Assembly: GCA_964188305.1 (NCBI GenBank)
Contig: OZ076892.1
Length of the DNA: 64,000 nucleotides
Reading direction: 5' to 3' (one strand)
Source: Podarcis bocagei
Taxonomy: Eukaryota
Shown: positions 46,732 to 60,069 of the stretch, one piece after another
Layout of the letters: every line of letters starts with the position of its first letter
Position numbering within the stretch: the first letter of the stretch is position 1
Notes under the pieces: model-generated
The model's input: only the letters and a program-made list of their open reading frames with translations
The model's database searches: none
What the model was told of the DNA's origin: nothing
Position numbers and translations under genes: made by a program

Positions 46732-48795
46732 CTGCTGAAATGGAGTAAAAATGACCACCTCGCCAATGCACTAATGAATTGGGGATGGTTATTTTGGCTC
46801 ACCCTTAATGTATGTGTGCATGTTTTGAGGAGTTTACAATACAGAGGGGAGAGAGAGAGACAGCTGGAAATGGCACCATTTACCAAGTAGTGCAGCTAAA
46901 GGAGACACAGCCAACCGAGTTGTTAATTTGCTTTTCTCTCCTTCTCTTCCACTGTATCTGAAAATAAAAAAGACCTTTCCTTTCTCAAATACTAAACGTC
47001 TAGAAGCCATGTAAATATTGACAATGGTGAAATGAGACCACTTTATCAAAGGAATGAAAAGAAAACCAAAGGAATGAAAAGAAAAAGAATAGCAACATGG
47101 ACAGCGCATGTTAAAGATATCAAAGCTCATGTGACCATTTCAAGGTTTTAAACATCAGATATGGGGAACCTTGCTTAGCCCCCATTTCTTTTTATTTTCA
47201 AAATGTTCATTACTAAACATATTTTGATATTAGTCTTTTCCGAGCTGGGGACTGTGTCACAGCAATGGAATAAGCAAAATTTAAAAATGTTAACAAAAAT
47301 ATATATACTGTTGAAAATCTTGAAGCAGTTTGCAAAGAACAATCTAAAATATTCATTTTAAAATACCAGTAATAGCAAATATTTAAAACAAATTGACTTA
47401 TTTTTTTTATCTATCCCTGCTTGCTCTGCTTACCAACTGCTGCCACTCCCCCTATATTAACCACATATAGCTTCTCCTTGCAACTAGTAAGCTCCCTTTT
47501 CACCTACCCAACCCCATTTCTGATATCATTTCTCTCTTTATGCCGAAGATAGCCCATAGTACATGGAATAAAATGCATTGTGTGAAGTGTTGGGGGACTG
47601 GCCTAAACCATAGAAATTAATAAATGATAGGATTTTGATTAGCTGGAAAATATAGGCTAAGTTTCCTTTCCAAGCCAGGACCTCACCTGGGATAGAAGCG
47701 TTTACATGACAAAAATATGTTGATGGCCCATCTAAGAGGAATTTTGGGCCTGGGCAGACAGAGGTTGCCAAAGTGATGGTGTGTGAGAGACAGGTGACAG
47801 GGAAAAAGGTCTCTTTAGCAAGGTGCGCTGGGAAGAAGAAGGGAGTGAACAAAGACAAATCCATCTTGGGGCAGGCTGGGAGAGGTGCCTTAGACTCCAG
47901 TGCTGCACTGCTGTGAGGAACATCTCAAGCTCCTCTTGAGATGACCATGCTGTAAGAGCTGTACTTCCTCCATGCAGACTGAAGGTGTAAATATGTGAAT
48001 AAATCATATTTCTCAAAGCTACAACAACCTCTGCTACATCTTCAGTTCTCCAAAGGAGCACAGAGCCTGGTTGAAGGCCAAGACCTCTGGAATCCCATGC
48101 ACAGCTTGGCAGGGGCAAGTTTCAGCTAGTACTCTTAGGTTAGAGAAGCCCAGCAGAGATTTAAAATTATAAAGCAAGCATGGCAATACAGGCTGTTAGA
48201 CCTCCAAAACATGCCACTCCAGGCAAGTTAAAAAATAGTTTACTTACAAACTCTCCAAAGGTCAAATTAATGTGCCTCAGAAAAACTGCACAGGGGTTGA
48301 AACTTAGCTTAGCTGCAAAAGTTCCTAAATGATTGGTACAGGAACTCAAGAGTAGCTGATGAGAGCCATGCATTTGAGCTAGGGCAATTAGCTCAATCCT
48401 TTTCACAAGCCGAACTTCTCAGGTAGACTGGGGGAGAACAAAGGCTTGATTACCCCATTCTTCTCAATGTGGACATAACTAAGCCTGGCTGGACAACTTG
48501 CTCTATGATATTAACCTCTTCATGCATTAATTAGACTTAAGCATGTTGGTTATATGAGGCTGGTTATCCCATAAGAAGGACCTCTCCCATTGCCTTAAAC
48601 CACCACTTTCAACCTCCACGCCTCCACTCCTTCTTGCTCCCATACCGTGGCCACTGCTGTTGTGCAAGCTGTCCTGCTTTTGCTCTGCTACTGTACCCTG
48701 TCTTCATGAAAATGCTAGTTTGTGATGCAGCACTACAAATCCCCCCATGGGGACTGTTTGATGATACTCTTACATATAGTTATAGGTATATAAAT

Positions 48796-49104
48796 TGTTA
48801 TGTATTGAGCTTGGATCCTAGAAGAATAGGCAGGTAGGATCCTAGAAGGCAGCAACCTGATTGGTCTGCAGGGGCAGCCCAATCAGGCTCCAGGAGGAAG
48901 TGAATCAGCAACCTGACTGGTCTGCAAGAACAGTCCAATCAGGCTCCAGGAGGGGAGTTGAATCAGCCAATCACACGGGACCCATTGTGTAAATAATGTA
49001 TATATAGCCAGAGGTTTTGGGGGGCAGGGAAAGCACTCACTCACTGTTTACCATGAGCTGAAATAAAGAGTATGAAATCAACACTCAACTCCGAGTATAT
49101 TTAA
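48796..49104 (+). mobile_element. Solo LTR (309 bp) of an unrelated family
   Basis: Starts TGTTATG. TSD TAAAT (48791-48795, 49105-49109). TATA at 48999-49006, AATAAA at 49062-49067. Two ~56-bp internal repeats carrying CCAAT boxes. The terminal CA appears mutated to AA. Confidence 0.8.
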
Positions 49105-49398
49105 TAAATAAAAGCAGCAATTAAAAACAAAGACAAATTATACATAATAAAATTTGAGGGCAAAATTACATGCCTGGGCAGCTTGCTGAAACAAAATGTA
49201 GATTTGCTAAACAAGCTATACAGCAAGGTGCCTGCCTAAGATTAATAGGTAGGGAGTTCCAAAGAGCTGCCACACTGAAGGATCTGTTCCTTGCACATGA
49301 GTAAAAACATAATGTGGCATTTGTAAAATCCAATAAATAGCTGTGTTCTGCTCCAGAAATTATTCCACAAGGTGCAAATCTTATTACAATTCACAAAG

Positions 49399-49558
49399 NN
49401 NNNNNNNNNNNNNNNNNNNNNNNNNNNNNNNNNNNNNNNNNNNNNNNNNNNNNNNNNNNNNNNNNNNNNNNNNNNNNNNNNNNNNNNNNNNNNNNNNNNN
49501 NNNNNNNNNNNNNNNNNNNNNNNNNNNNNNNNNNNNNNNNNNNNNNNNNNNNNNNNNN
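49399..49558. other. Assembly gap (N run)
   Basis: 160 N. Confidence 1.
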
Positions 49559-50901
49559 TTATTTTGTTTGGTACCTTATGTTTGGCATTGTTCTGCTGTC
49601 TTACATGGCTGCTTGCAGAATCTATAATAAATAAAGTGCGGCACTGGAAGGGTGGAGTGTGGAAGAGAAATTAATGGGAGTTGTCCATGAGCCAGAGTTA
49701 TAACAATTAAATAACTGAATGCCGTGTACATCAGGCTTCTACTTAAACCCCAGTTTTTCTTACCCCACTGCAGTTTCTTCCTGTTTACCATCCACCTGGC
49801 CTGGGACTTAATAAGCACCAATCTCAGGCCTGTGGATGCTGTTCTGATTTGAAATTTGAAGGCTTCCGCTCATAATCAAGTGGTGCCACTGACACAGATC
49901 TCCTAATCAGGCATTTAATAATTTTTGCTTTGCATCTCAGAAAATGTCTTTCATTAAAATTCTCCTGCTAGCAGCCACACGCCAGGCAATTATTTTTGAA
50001 CAGAGGATTTCAAAGTCTGAGTAAATTAAGTGGGCTCTGTTCTCAAAGCAAAACTGCCCTAAGAGGATCATTACATTTAAGAAATAGCAGACCTGAACCG
50101 ATATTGGTCTCCTTGCCTCTTCTACATGTGTGTACCTGTAATTCCAATGAAAGTTAATGAGAGGTGAGTGCACCTGTTAGAGCAGGTGAGACCTTTAAAA
50201 TTCTCCAAATGGAAGGAACAGCTTGAATTTCACTCCTGGGCCTTCAGAAAGGAAATGGAAAGCCATGGTGGCTAGGAAACAGCAGAGACAGCTTTCCAGC
50301 ATAATAAGTATTTGGTTTATTATATTATGGGGCATTTGATTATTCTGGAATCACTGACAGTGAAAGGAAATCACATACAAATAGAATTCTCCTTGGAGCA
50401 GAGAAGTATGAACACGAAAATAAATATTCTCTCGTATTTCTCAGTATTGTTGACACTGATTGGCTACCCAGACTTCAGACAGGGTTCTTTCCCAGCTCTC
50501 CTGGAGATTCTTGGGATTGAACCTGGGACATTTTCCATGCAAAACATGTGGACAACTGCTGAGGGATGGCTTTCCGCCTTGAGCCAGCTGCCAATGAAAG
50601 ATGGGAAAGGAAAGCTCACCAGAATATCCAAATTCCTCCTTGGATGCCCACATTACCTGCCAGCTGTCACAAAGGATTTAATATAACAATCAGCCAACTA
50701 CCCAAATGATGCTGATATATAAAAAAAGCCCCACATGAACATTAAGTATAAGAATATAAGTTTACCACTTCTCCCCACTCTTTTTTCTCTTTTCCCAACC
50801 TTATTCTGTATTCTGACATATAGAAAAGAATTTAGAACCTGAGAAAAGTGACAACACACGTACTTTTGTAAACCAAGAAAATTTTCAAATAAAAATATTT
50901 T

Positions 50902-50902
<1 letters not shown>

Positions 50903-50957
<55 letters not shown>
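50903..50957. repeat. (AAT)n microsatellite
   Basis: Read directly from the sequence. Confidence 0.95.
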
Positions 50958-50958
<1 letters not shown>

Positions 50959-52773
50959 TGTGAAACAGGTTGGAGAACACTTCCAAAACCTCTTACACAG
51001 CCTCTACTGGGCAGGTTGAAACCATGCTGGTCACAAAGAGGTCATTTGGGAAGTGGGGCTGACTTATAAAGGTGCATACCCCAATCCTCTCTATTGGCCA
51101 AACATCTGAAGGGCTTCCCCATCTTCCTTTATCCCAGATAGGGTTGGGGCAAAGCTGTACCTGCCCAAGGCTACAGTTCTCAGATTGGTTTAACAGTCAA
51201 TCCGTCCTATGATATTTTGGGAACTGTCTGAAGGGAATGGGGGTCTCCTAACAACTCTGAACAAAGTATAGTTCCCAGGATTCTTTGGAGCAAGCCATAA
51301 AAGTTTGAAGTGATATGATACTGCTTTAAATGCATAGTGCAATGGATTTCAACCAGTGTGTCTTGGCATCCTGGGGTGCCTTGAATGATGGTCAGGGGTG
51401 CCACGAGCAACACTGGCCTCTTTCCTTCTTTCCTTCCCTCCCTCATCTGATAACCTCTTGCATCTCTGCCTCCCAAAGGCTTGCACAGCTGTTTATTGCA
51501 GCAACCCTGATGATAAGCTCTGCAGGAGAATGGTGCCTCTGGAGGGCGCCTCTCTTTGTTAGCTCAGAGACCAGGTATGGCAGCAGCAGCTGCCCAGAGT
51601 ACTCCCAAGGAGAGGGGAGAGAGGAGAGGGGAGGAGGCAGAGGTAACACCACACAAGGGAAGGTGTTCAAAAAAGGATGAGAGGCTGCCGAATCTGCAGG
51701 CAAGGGGTGACATAATTGGGCTCCTGAGCCCCACAGGGCTGCCACAAAAAGAATGTAGTTGGTTAAGAGAGCCATGGACTCGGAAAGGTTGAAAACCTCT
51801 GGCATAGTGCATATGGGACTTAGGTTGCATTTCTTTCTGTGAACATGTATTATATAGGTTTTTAAAAATCCCATGTGAAAAATAAATTATGTGCTCATTC
51901 AGCCACTTCACTCCAAAGAACTGGCACTTTTATAAGTCTCACATAATGTTTGCGCCACACTTGCAAAGAATCATTCCTTCAGTGTTACAGTGCCTACTCT
52001 ATGGAACTCCCTGCCTATTGATATTCGGCAGGAACATTTGCTGTATTGTTTTCTACGTTTTTAACATCTGACTTGAACAGTATTTTAAACATATATATTT
52101 CACATATTTATATAAACTACTTAGGGGTTTTGATGATTAAGCAGTATATAAATCATGTTAAATAAAATAAAATAATACTGAATAAAAATAAATAAAATAA
52201 AAATAAAATAAACAACCCCATGTGTGTTAATGATACGTGCAAGGAATGTCTGAAAAAGAAGTCAGCTATTTTAAAAATAGAAAACTGATCCAAGAAATAA
52301 ACAGAAATTCAAGCATTTTCTTTCCCCCCTCGTAAGGGTATCATAAAAAAAAAGAAACGGGGGCAAAGAATAATAAAATATTACTACCACCTTTACAAAA
52401 CTCTCTTGTCAGAAAAGCCTTTGGAGGTCAGGGCTAACTTAAGCCTGTAAAATGAAAATGCTACCACACCACAATCAAATAACTGTCAGGCACATTATTT
52501 CATTTGGTTCCATCCCAGATCTTAAGGGACCATTGCTAAGCTCCAATTTAGCCGAAGATTAAATAAAAACTGATCAAAGATTTATAGAATTCTGAAGTGA
52601 TACTAAACAGGCTATCCCATGCCTGGAGAGGTTTTAGTGTCAACGTGGCGAGCTTCATCAGTAGGTTCAGAAAAATAATAAATCTGTTGTTCACGGAACC
52701 TAGGAGTGGAAGACAGTTACAGTAAATGACCTTTTTTGCGGGGGTGGGGTTAACTGTCTGTATAAGGTACAGT

Positions 52774-52931
52774 CCACAGGATAGCTCAGTTAGTAGAGCA
52801 TGAGACTCTTAATGTCAAGGGTGTGGGTTCAAGTACCACATCGGGCAAAAGATTTCTGCATTGCAGGGGGTTGGACTAGATGGACCTCATGGTCCCTTCC
52901 AACTCTACAATTTTATGATTATTTTATGATT
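52774..52931 (+). mobile_element. tRNA-Lys(CTT)-derived SINE with CR1-type 3' tail
   Basis: The head TAGCTCAGTTAGTAGAGCATGAGACTCTTAAT..GGTTCAAG resembles tRNA-Lys-CTT. The tail GGTTGGACTAGATG..GGTCCCTTCCAACTCT..ATGATT is a CR1 3' end. Confidence 0.8.
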
Positions 52932-53575
52932 TCCCCCCTAACCCTGATGGTTATGTTCAACCTCCACTGTTGGAGACAGCACAATTCTGAATACCAGCTG
53001 TAGGAAACTGCAGGAGGGGAGAGTGCTGTTGTGCTCAAGTCCTGCTTTCAGACTTCCCAGAGGCCACCTGGTCAGCCATTGTGAGAACAGGATGGTCCAT
53101 TAGGGCAAATGTGCATTATGGAACTGTGGAATAGTGTCATGTGACGTCAATTTTCATTCCCAACAGTGGGCATAGTGCAGAGGTGCCAGCTTGTGAGCAA
53201 TTGGGGGAGGGGACAACGTCTCACACGCGTGATGTCAGGACATCGGGAGGAGCCCTGTAGAGAGCAGCACATCTGTAAAACTCTACAGGAAAAAAAACTT
53301 TATGCAATTATGTACAATCTCACTGGGATCTTTTCTTCTTTTTCACTGGTTTTTTCCACTGTGTTTATCAATAAAATAAAATAAGCTGCGGCAAACTGGG
53401 GATGGACAAAGTTTTATACAAAATTCAGAAATAACAGTAGTAGTAGCAGCAGAATGTTAAGCACCTAGGGATTCCTAATGTATCAGTTCTATGTTGGAGG
53501 ACAAAGGGCCTGGCAATCTGAAATTTCAACATCTAGTGACAGTAGATATGAATATTTTGAGAGTATCTCCAAGTA

Positions 53576-53803
53576 CAAACAGTTCCCCATTTACACTGGG
53601 GTTATGTTCTGAGGCACCATGTGTTTAAGTGAAATCGTTTATATTTGAAACACCATTGAAAAAGCCTGCAAACACCTAATTCTGCCCCTGTGCTGCCCCA
53701 TTCCACCCCATTGGTGATGTTTTGGGGTCACTTCCAGGTTTGGTGCAATGCACATATGCACAGTCACACACATTTTGAACACGCATAAATGGGGGGTTGC
53801 CTA
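53576..53803. mobile_element. Degenerate Tc1/mariner-like MITE
   Basis: Imperfect TIRs (CCCCATTTAC / CATAAATGGGG) flanked by TA. Confidence 0.5.
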
Positions 53804-56419
53804 TATTATGTAAGATATGTTGTTATGGTGACCACCTTAGTGCCCCAAAGACAAAAATGTTTCCTGAGAAATAGTTGATATTGAGCATAATGGAGGCCTC
53901 TTTGAGTCCAAGATGGATGTGCAACTAAAAGACTTCATAAACAAAACCAATAAATAGAACCAGTTACTGTTCATCTTACAGGTGTAGCCTATATACATTA
54001 TATTTTACATGTCAGTTTCTCATTTCCAAATTCATTTACCTATTTCATTATGCAAAGTAATTCATTTCCCAAATGAAATAGAATAACTGAATGGGGAATT
54101 GTAAAAACAAAACAAAACCCACATGATGTGTACTTACTCCTGTGTGGTCAGGCCATGTGATTCCTTTTCTCACTTCCTCAGTACTAAAGTAAGATGAAAC
54201 AAGCCGTAGCTAGGTTTTTGAGCAGATGGAGTACAAATCCAAGGATTTGTCATAGGGTTCAAAAATATATTGCTAACAAACAAAATGAAATCTCTCTTAT
54301 CTCCAGCTCTGTCCACAAGCAGCATCTGTGCACTGGGAGAAAAACAGATTTGCTTTTTTAAAAAATAGACCTCCAATCTCAATGGGGTCTAGCTCTCGCA
54401 GAGGTGTTAAATCTGGGTTTCTGTTTTAACACATCAAGTTGCCTGTCAAGGCTCCCATATGCAATATTTCCCCATTAGGGATGGAGAGAAAATTTAAACC
54501 TACCTGATTTGCACTTCATGGGCCAATATGCAGATGAAAGCACAGCTGTCATTTGAATCTCCCATTCTAATTCTGGAATACTGTTCCATCATGGCAGAAA
54601 GGCCGGATATAAAATAAACAATAACTAGATTGGTATCTGTTGTACTTCTTTATTTACGTGCATTCGTATCCTGCCTTTTTTTCTGTCCTGGAATCCAATA
54701 AGATGTACATGTGCTTCTCAGGTGGTCTCTCATTCAAGCACTGACCAGCCCTATATCTTCTTAGCTTCAGCAAGATGGTGACCTCATATGCTTCCATATC
54801 ATACTGTTTGCTGGAGCCATCATTTCTTTATATTAGTACTTGTCAGAGGCTGGACTGAGGAGGAATGGTGGGGGCCACACACACCCCTCTCCTGAACCTT
54901 CCTGAGAACAAGAGGACAGTATAGATTTAGAACAGTGGTTTGCAGAAGGAATAGTTCAGAGACTGCAGACGGCAAAAGCTGGGAAATATTGGGAGAGGAA
55001 CAGCAGAAAGAAGAAACACTGGAGAGAGGCAGCTGACAGACTCAATGTCTTTGGAGAGCATTCCTGAGCACCCCTCCCCCAGGACTAAGCGTGCAGTGCG
55101 AGTAGCCAAACAGAAAGCTCAGCGACAGAAAGCACAGGGATGATGTAGGATAAGAGAGACGAAGGGGGCTTGGGCTTTACTAGGAGCAATGCCATCACTG
55201 AAATAAGGACTACATTCCTTTGTCTCTCTGTGTGAATACTGAATAAATTACATGGTAAGGACTCTTTGCGTTTATCTGCTTTTTTGGCTGCCACTGGCGG
55301 AGGGATAGGATTCCCTGAACTTTGACAGTACTACGGCTGGTGCAAAGAATAACACCCCAACAACCCTTCTCTTCCTGCTGCCCCCAGCCCCTCTTTGTAT
55401 TGCTGGCTCCATCCTTCTTTTCTCCTTGCTGCCACCCCCCCCCCTCTTTTCCTTCTCCTCACAGGGTGCCTTGAAGTTGCCAATCAACAGCATCTGGACA
55501 GGAGACAGCGTCACAGTCTTCCCCAGTATGGACAATGTGAGGTCAATGTACCTTTGAGGAACACAAATGTAGTATTTAGTAAAACAAGATTAAAGTCCTA
55601 TACACATTTGCTGAGGAGTAAGTGTCACTGCAATTAGCTGTGCCTTCTTCTGAGTAAACGTGCACATATTTGGTCAACTCATAAATTCGAGAAACAGTAA
55701 TGGTTCATTTTGGTTGTGCCAATAATATATAGATAATTCCTGCAAAGCCTAGATAATTGTTTACATAATGGGTGATAAAGTTTTGGCCTAATATTTAATA
55801 TATTCTATTGCAATTCTTAAATCTGGTCCCTTTTGAGTGAATGCGCTTAGCTTAGTGCTTCAAGATCTCCAGATTAGCATAAGAAGCCGCAGAAGCAACA
55901 GAAGTGAAATCTCACAGTATGTGACCCGTTCATCTGAAAGGAATTTGGTTTTCAATCCTCCCCCTTTCAAGTAGGTGCCTTCTCTTCTGTTCAAGTTTAT
56001 GTGAAATGTAAATAATTACAAAACATTTTAATTTTCCAACTGTCAGTGCCTCAGACTTCACTTTCTCAGCCTCTCCAGTGGGATTTGAGGCTTAGAAAGC
56101 AGCTCCCTCTGAATTCACAACACATTATTTTTCATAACGCTTTCCTCCTCTGGAACACCTCCAAAGAAAGCCGCTCAAGAGGAATGGAGATGAGGAAAGA
56201 AATCTTGAAACTGGCATTTCCCCCAACAATTGTCACAGAGGGTCACCTTGGTTTAAAGCCAAACAGGATATGATTACTGAGAGGGGTAGGGAGGGAAACA
56301 ATGGCACACTTCTGATGGATGGTCTTAATTCTAGCTTTACAGACACTGTAAAAAGGATGCAACCTGTGCCTTACCGATGCATTAAGGTAGACCTCAGCAA
56401 CCCATGTGACATATATGAA

Positions 56420-56580
56420 ATATTGGTTACTTCAGGACTAGATTACTGCAACGCTGTCTATGTGGGGCTTCCCTTGTGCTTAATCCGGAAGCTGCAGTTG
56501 GTGTAGAATGCTGCCTTTTGACTTCTGACAGAAGCAAGACTTTCTCAGCATACGACACTCATGCTAAGCGATCTGCTCTG
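56420..56580 (+). mobile_element. L2 LINE ORF2 fragment
   Basis: 'LVTSGLDYCNAVYVGLPLCLIRKLQLV*NAA' is the typical L2 post-RT motif. Confidence 0.8.
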
Positions 56581-56987
56581 GTTGCTGATTTGCCCCTGCC
56601 CCTTCTCCACTCTGCCTCCTGCTCTGAACACGTTAAGAGTGCAAAAGTTTTCAAGGCTGCCATCTTTTGAGTGCAAAAATTCTGGTAGCTGGGAAGGTGA
56701 AGTAGGCTGGACTTGGTGAAATATCTCTGAATACCAATTGCTGGTTTTTGTGAGTCAGGGCTCACTTCCAGGCTTCCCAAAGGTATCTAGTCGGTCACTG
56801 TGAAAGCAAGCTGTTTTATTAGGTGGGCCTTTAGCCTGATCCAACAGGGTTCTGTATCAATTCTCAGTTCCAAATATGCATTACTGTCAAAACTGAACAT
56901 TTCCAGAATACTTTTGAGGCATTTAAGGAAAAGATTTCAGACATTATTTCCTTTTGATGAAATATGAAACTTATCCATTTTGTCCAA

Positions 56988-57239
56988 GGGCCTTCTGGCG
57001 GTTCCCTCACTGCGAAAAGCCAAGTTACAGGGAACCAGACAGAGGGCCTTCTCAGTAGAGACACCCAGCCTGTGGAAAGCCCTCCCACCACATGTCAAAG
57101 AGAAGAACAACTACTTTTAGAAGACATCTGAAGGCAGCCCTCTTTAGGGAAGCTTTTAATGTTTAACAAACCACTGTATTTTAATACTTTGTTGAAAGCT
57201 GCCCAGAGTGGCTGGGGGAACCATATGGTTGTGGGTACA

Positions 57240-57297
<58 letters not shown>
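56988..57297 (+). mobile_element. L2 LINE 3' end with (AAT)n tail
   Basis: Coding end 'RAFSVETPSLWKALP..FRRHLKAALF', then a 3' UTR and (AAT)n at 57240-57293. Confidence 0.8.
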
Positions 57298-57299
<2 letters not shown>

Positions 57300-57377
57300 T
57301 AAGGTGTAAAAGGGGTCATTTGGAATTGTTTCTATCTGCTGTCTTTGACCATTGTGTTTTGCATGAGAGGCAGAGAC

Positions 57378-57381
<4 letters not shown>

Positions 57382-57428
<47 letters not shown>
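57382..57428. repeat. (GA)n microsatellite
   Basis: Read directly from the sequence. Confidence 0.95.
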
Positions 57429-57431
<3 letters not shown>

Positions 57432-58027
57432 TAACATTTACTTTCTGGGGAATATGTTAAACATCTCAGGAACACAAATTGTTGTTTGTTCGTTTGATAA
57501 GCTGTAGGAAAAATAATTTAAAATCAGGAAAATAATAAAATTCAAGCTGTCTTATATATATTTAGTTGAACAATGCAAACAATTCTCAGATGTTTCCACT
57601 TGGGAAATCTTAACAGGAACATTTTATTGTAGGCACAGTTTACAGACAGAAGGATTGGCAGGCAGAATAACAAAAAAGATATGAAACATAAAAAAAATGT
57701 CCTTCAGGAGAATTCATTTTGTAAACCTGATCAGAATAGTACATTTGATAAAAGATTTATACATAAAAGAATACAATGTTTCTGTTGAGAACTATTTAAA
57801 ACGCAAAACCTTTAGTGAATAATGCACCTCAAAGTTATTTCTAAGAAATCAAAACAATACAAATGCAGGGGATATGAATGTTCCCAAGTAAAGCTAAAAT
57901 CTGAAGATCTTGCTACTTTTCACCAATAAGTGAGTGAAGAAGAAAGCCTTAGGAAATAAACAAAAATGAATAATTTAAGACTAGTGCTAGAGAAGAAATC
58001 TGTTCTACTCAGATTCCAAAGTGGACT

Positions 58028-58100
58028 ACTAATGCTAATACTAATACTAATACTAATACTAATACTAATACTAATACTAATACTAATACTAATACTAATA
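58028..58100. repeat. (CTAATA)n hexamer microsatellite
   Basis: Read directly from the sequence. Confidence 0.95.
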
Positions 58101-58690
58101 ATTTTATTATTTATATGCCACCCATCAGACTGAGTTGCCCCAGCCATTCTGGGCAGCTCCCAGAAAAATATTAAGAACACAATAAAACACCAAACATTAA
58201 AATCTTCCCTATACAGGGCTGCCTTCAGATGTCTTCTAAAAGTCTAGAAGCCCTGACCCAGATCAATAGTGAGGATCTGGGTCACTTCATATGGGGAGAA
58301 GTGGTTCTTGAGGTATTGTGGTCCTGAGTCATTTAAACCTTTACAGGTCTAAACCAGCACATTGAATTGATCACAGAAACTAACTGGCACCCAGTGCAGT
58401 TGGGTTAGAATTGATGTAATACGTTCAAACTGTCTTGCTCTGGTGAGAAACTGCACCAGCTGAAATTTCCGAATTTCCGAACCATATTCAGAGGCAGTCC
58501 ACTGTATAGCATGTTGCAGTAAACTAACCTAGCAGTTAACAGACCATAGGCAACAGAAGTTAGGCTATCCCTGTCCAGATAGGGTGCAACTGGGCCTCAA
58601 ACCAAATCTGATGGAAGGCACTCTGCACCACTGAAGCCTCCTGAGCCCGAGAGAGCAATGGATCCAGAAGTATCCCAAGCTGTGTACCCA
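58028..58690 (-). mobile_element. L2 LINE 3' fragment with (TATTAG)n tail
   Basis: Reverse-complement homology to the 57115-57240 3' end, plus a reverse-complement 'RLVYCNMLY' region near 58500-58540. Confidence 0.75.
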
Positions 58691-58904
58691 GGGAAAGGAA
58701 AGCTAGGTATCATCTCATATTCTTCTGCCTTTCTGAGGCTGGAGTGGAAGCCCAGGACCAGTAATCCTATGTTCTCTGTTGTATCTTCTTGTAGTTTCCT
58801 CTGAGATAGGTTTCATCTTTCTGGAGCACAAGTTTCAACCACTGTATCATTCCAGCTCTGCACTTCACTACTCTGTATTCTTCCATGTTTCTTGACTCTT
58901 TCCT

Positions 58905-59222
58905 AGAGATGGAAGGACGTTTCAATTTCAGTTTCTCTCAGTTTCTCTATACTTCTTCTTCAAATTTTAAGTTAATTTCTCCCCAATTTTCATAACTGTT
59001 TGCAAGTCCTGCATTTTTGTAACTTCTTTGAACTAATATATGCATTTTCTTGTACTTGTCAACATGGTATAAGCATTTTGTACACATTCCTCAGCTGGAG
59101 AATTGCACTACGAAATTTGGAGAAATATGAATTTAAAAGAATGTCTGTGTTTTGGTCTGCATGTTTCAGAAAGTGTGAATTGGGTAGGTTTGCCTTTAAA
59201 TGCAGAATTTCTCCCCCACCCC
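58905..59222 (-). mobile_element. Internally deleted copy of the AT-rich repeat
   Basis: Reverse-complement homology to 46309-46731 at both ends. Confidence 0.55.
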
Positions 59223-60069
59223 CAGTCTTGTCTTGGAGAGCAAGGGAAGCTACTGGAACTAGTTCCTTGGTTAAGACTTTGTCCAAATTAAGTACTATTT
59301 TTGAAATCAAGATTTGTTTTTAACTCTCTAGGAAAGGGTTGCCATATTTCATTGATCAGTCCAGCAGGATCTGGCATGATATTGTCACTAAATTAACATT
59401 AAATTGCGATGGCATCACATGTCTTTGCAGTTATTTGTAACCCCCAGCTTCCCATCCATATATTTCTTGCCACCTTTCATGCTCACAGTCTTGCAGAAGT
59501 TATTATCAGTTGTCGGAGACGTTTAAAGACAAAAAGTCTCCTCGCAGCATGAAGAATGAGATGGGCAAGTTCTTATGTGTGAAGTTAAGCTTTAGCACAA
59601 CACACAAGCGCCTGTGAATCAAAGAGGGTTTAATAGGAAATGGCAGCTCTAAGGATGCGAGAGCCAGCTCAGTCTCTTGGTAACAAAAGCCTGTGACAGA
59701 TCCAGAGGCAGCTTCAAAGCTGCTATCATGACTACATCTGCCAAGCAGCCAGATGCTCCTGCTTGACAATTCCTTTTGCAACTAGGCGCTGAGGAATCAT
59801 CATCACCGTTCAAATGCCAGAGAAAGAGCAAAAAAAGAAAAGAATAGCAGTGCAGAATCAGAAAGAACTGCTATTCAGTCTTCTCCCATATTCGTAGCTT
59901 CCAATTTTGTGGTGATGCTGCTGAGTTTTGAAAGCAGTGGTGGGAGCAGGGTGGGCAGTTTGAATAGCAGATTCTTCAAGGTTTGATGCACACACCTGGG
60001 GCTCATTTCAATTCAGGCTGACACAACTCTCAAGATCAGGGCCAGTTTGAAAGTTCTCCACAGTATTAG

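Noticed and set aside
52774-52846. Functional tRNA-Lys(CTT) gene
   Set aside because: Stem mismatches, direct fusion to a CR1 tail, and multiple decayed copies mark it as a SINE head.
57095-58180. Poly-L, poly-I, SL and IS repeat ORFs
   Set aside because: These are translations of (AAT)n, (GA)n and (CTAATA)n microsatellites.
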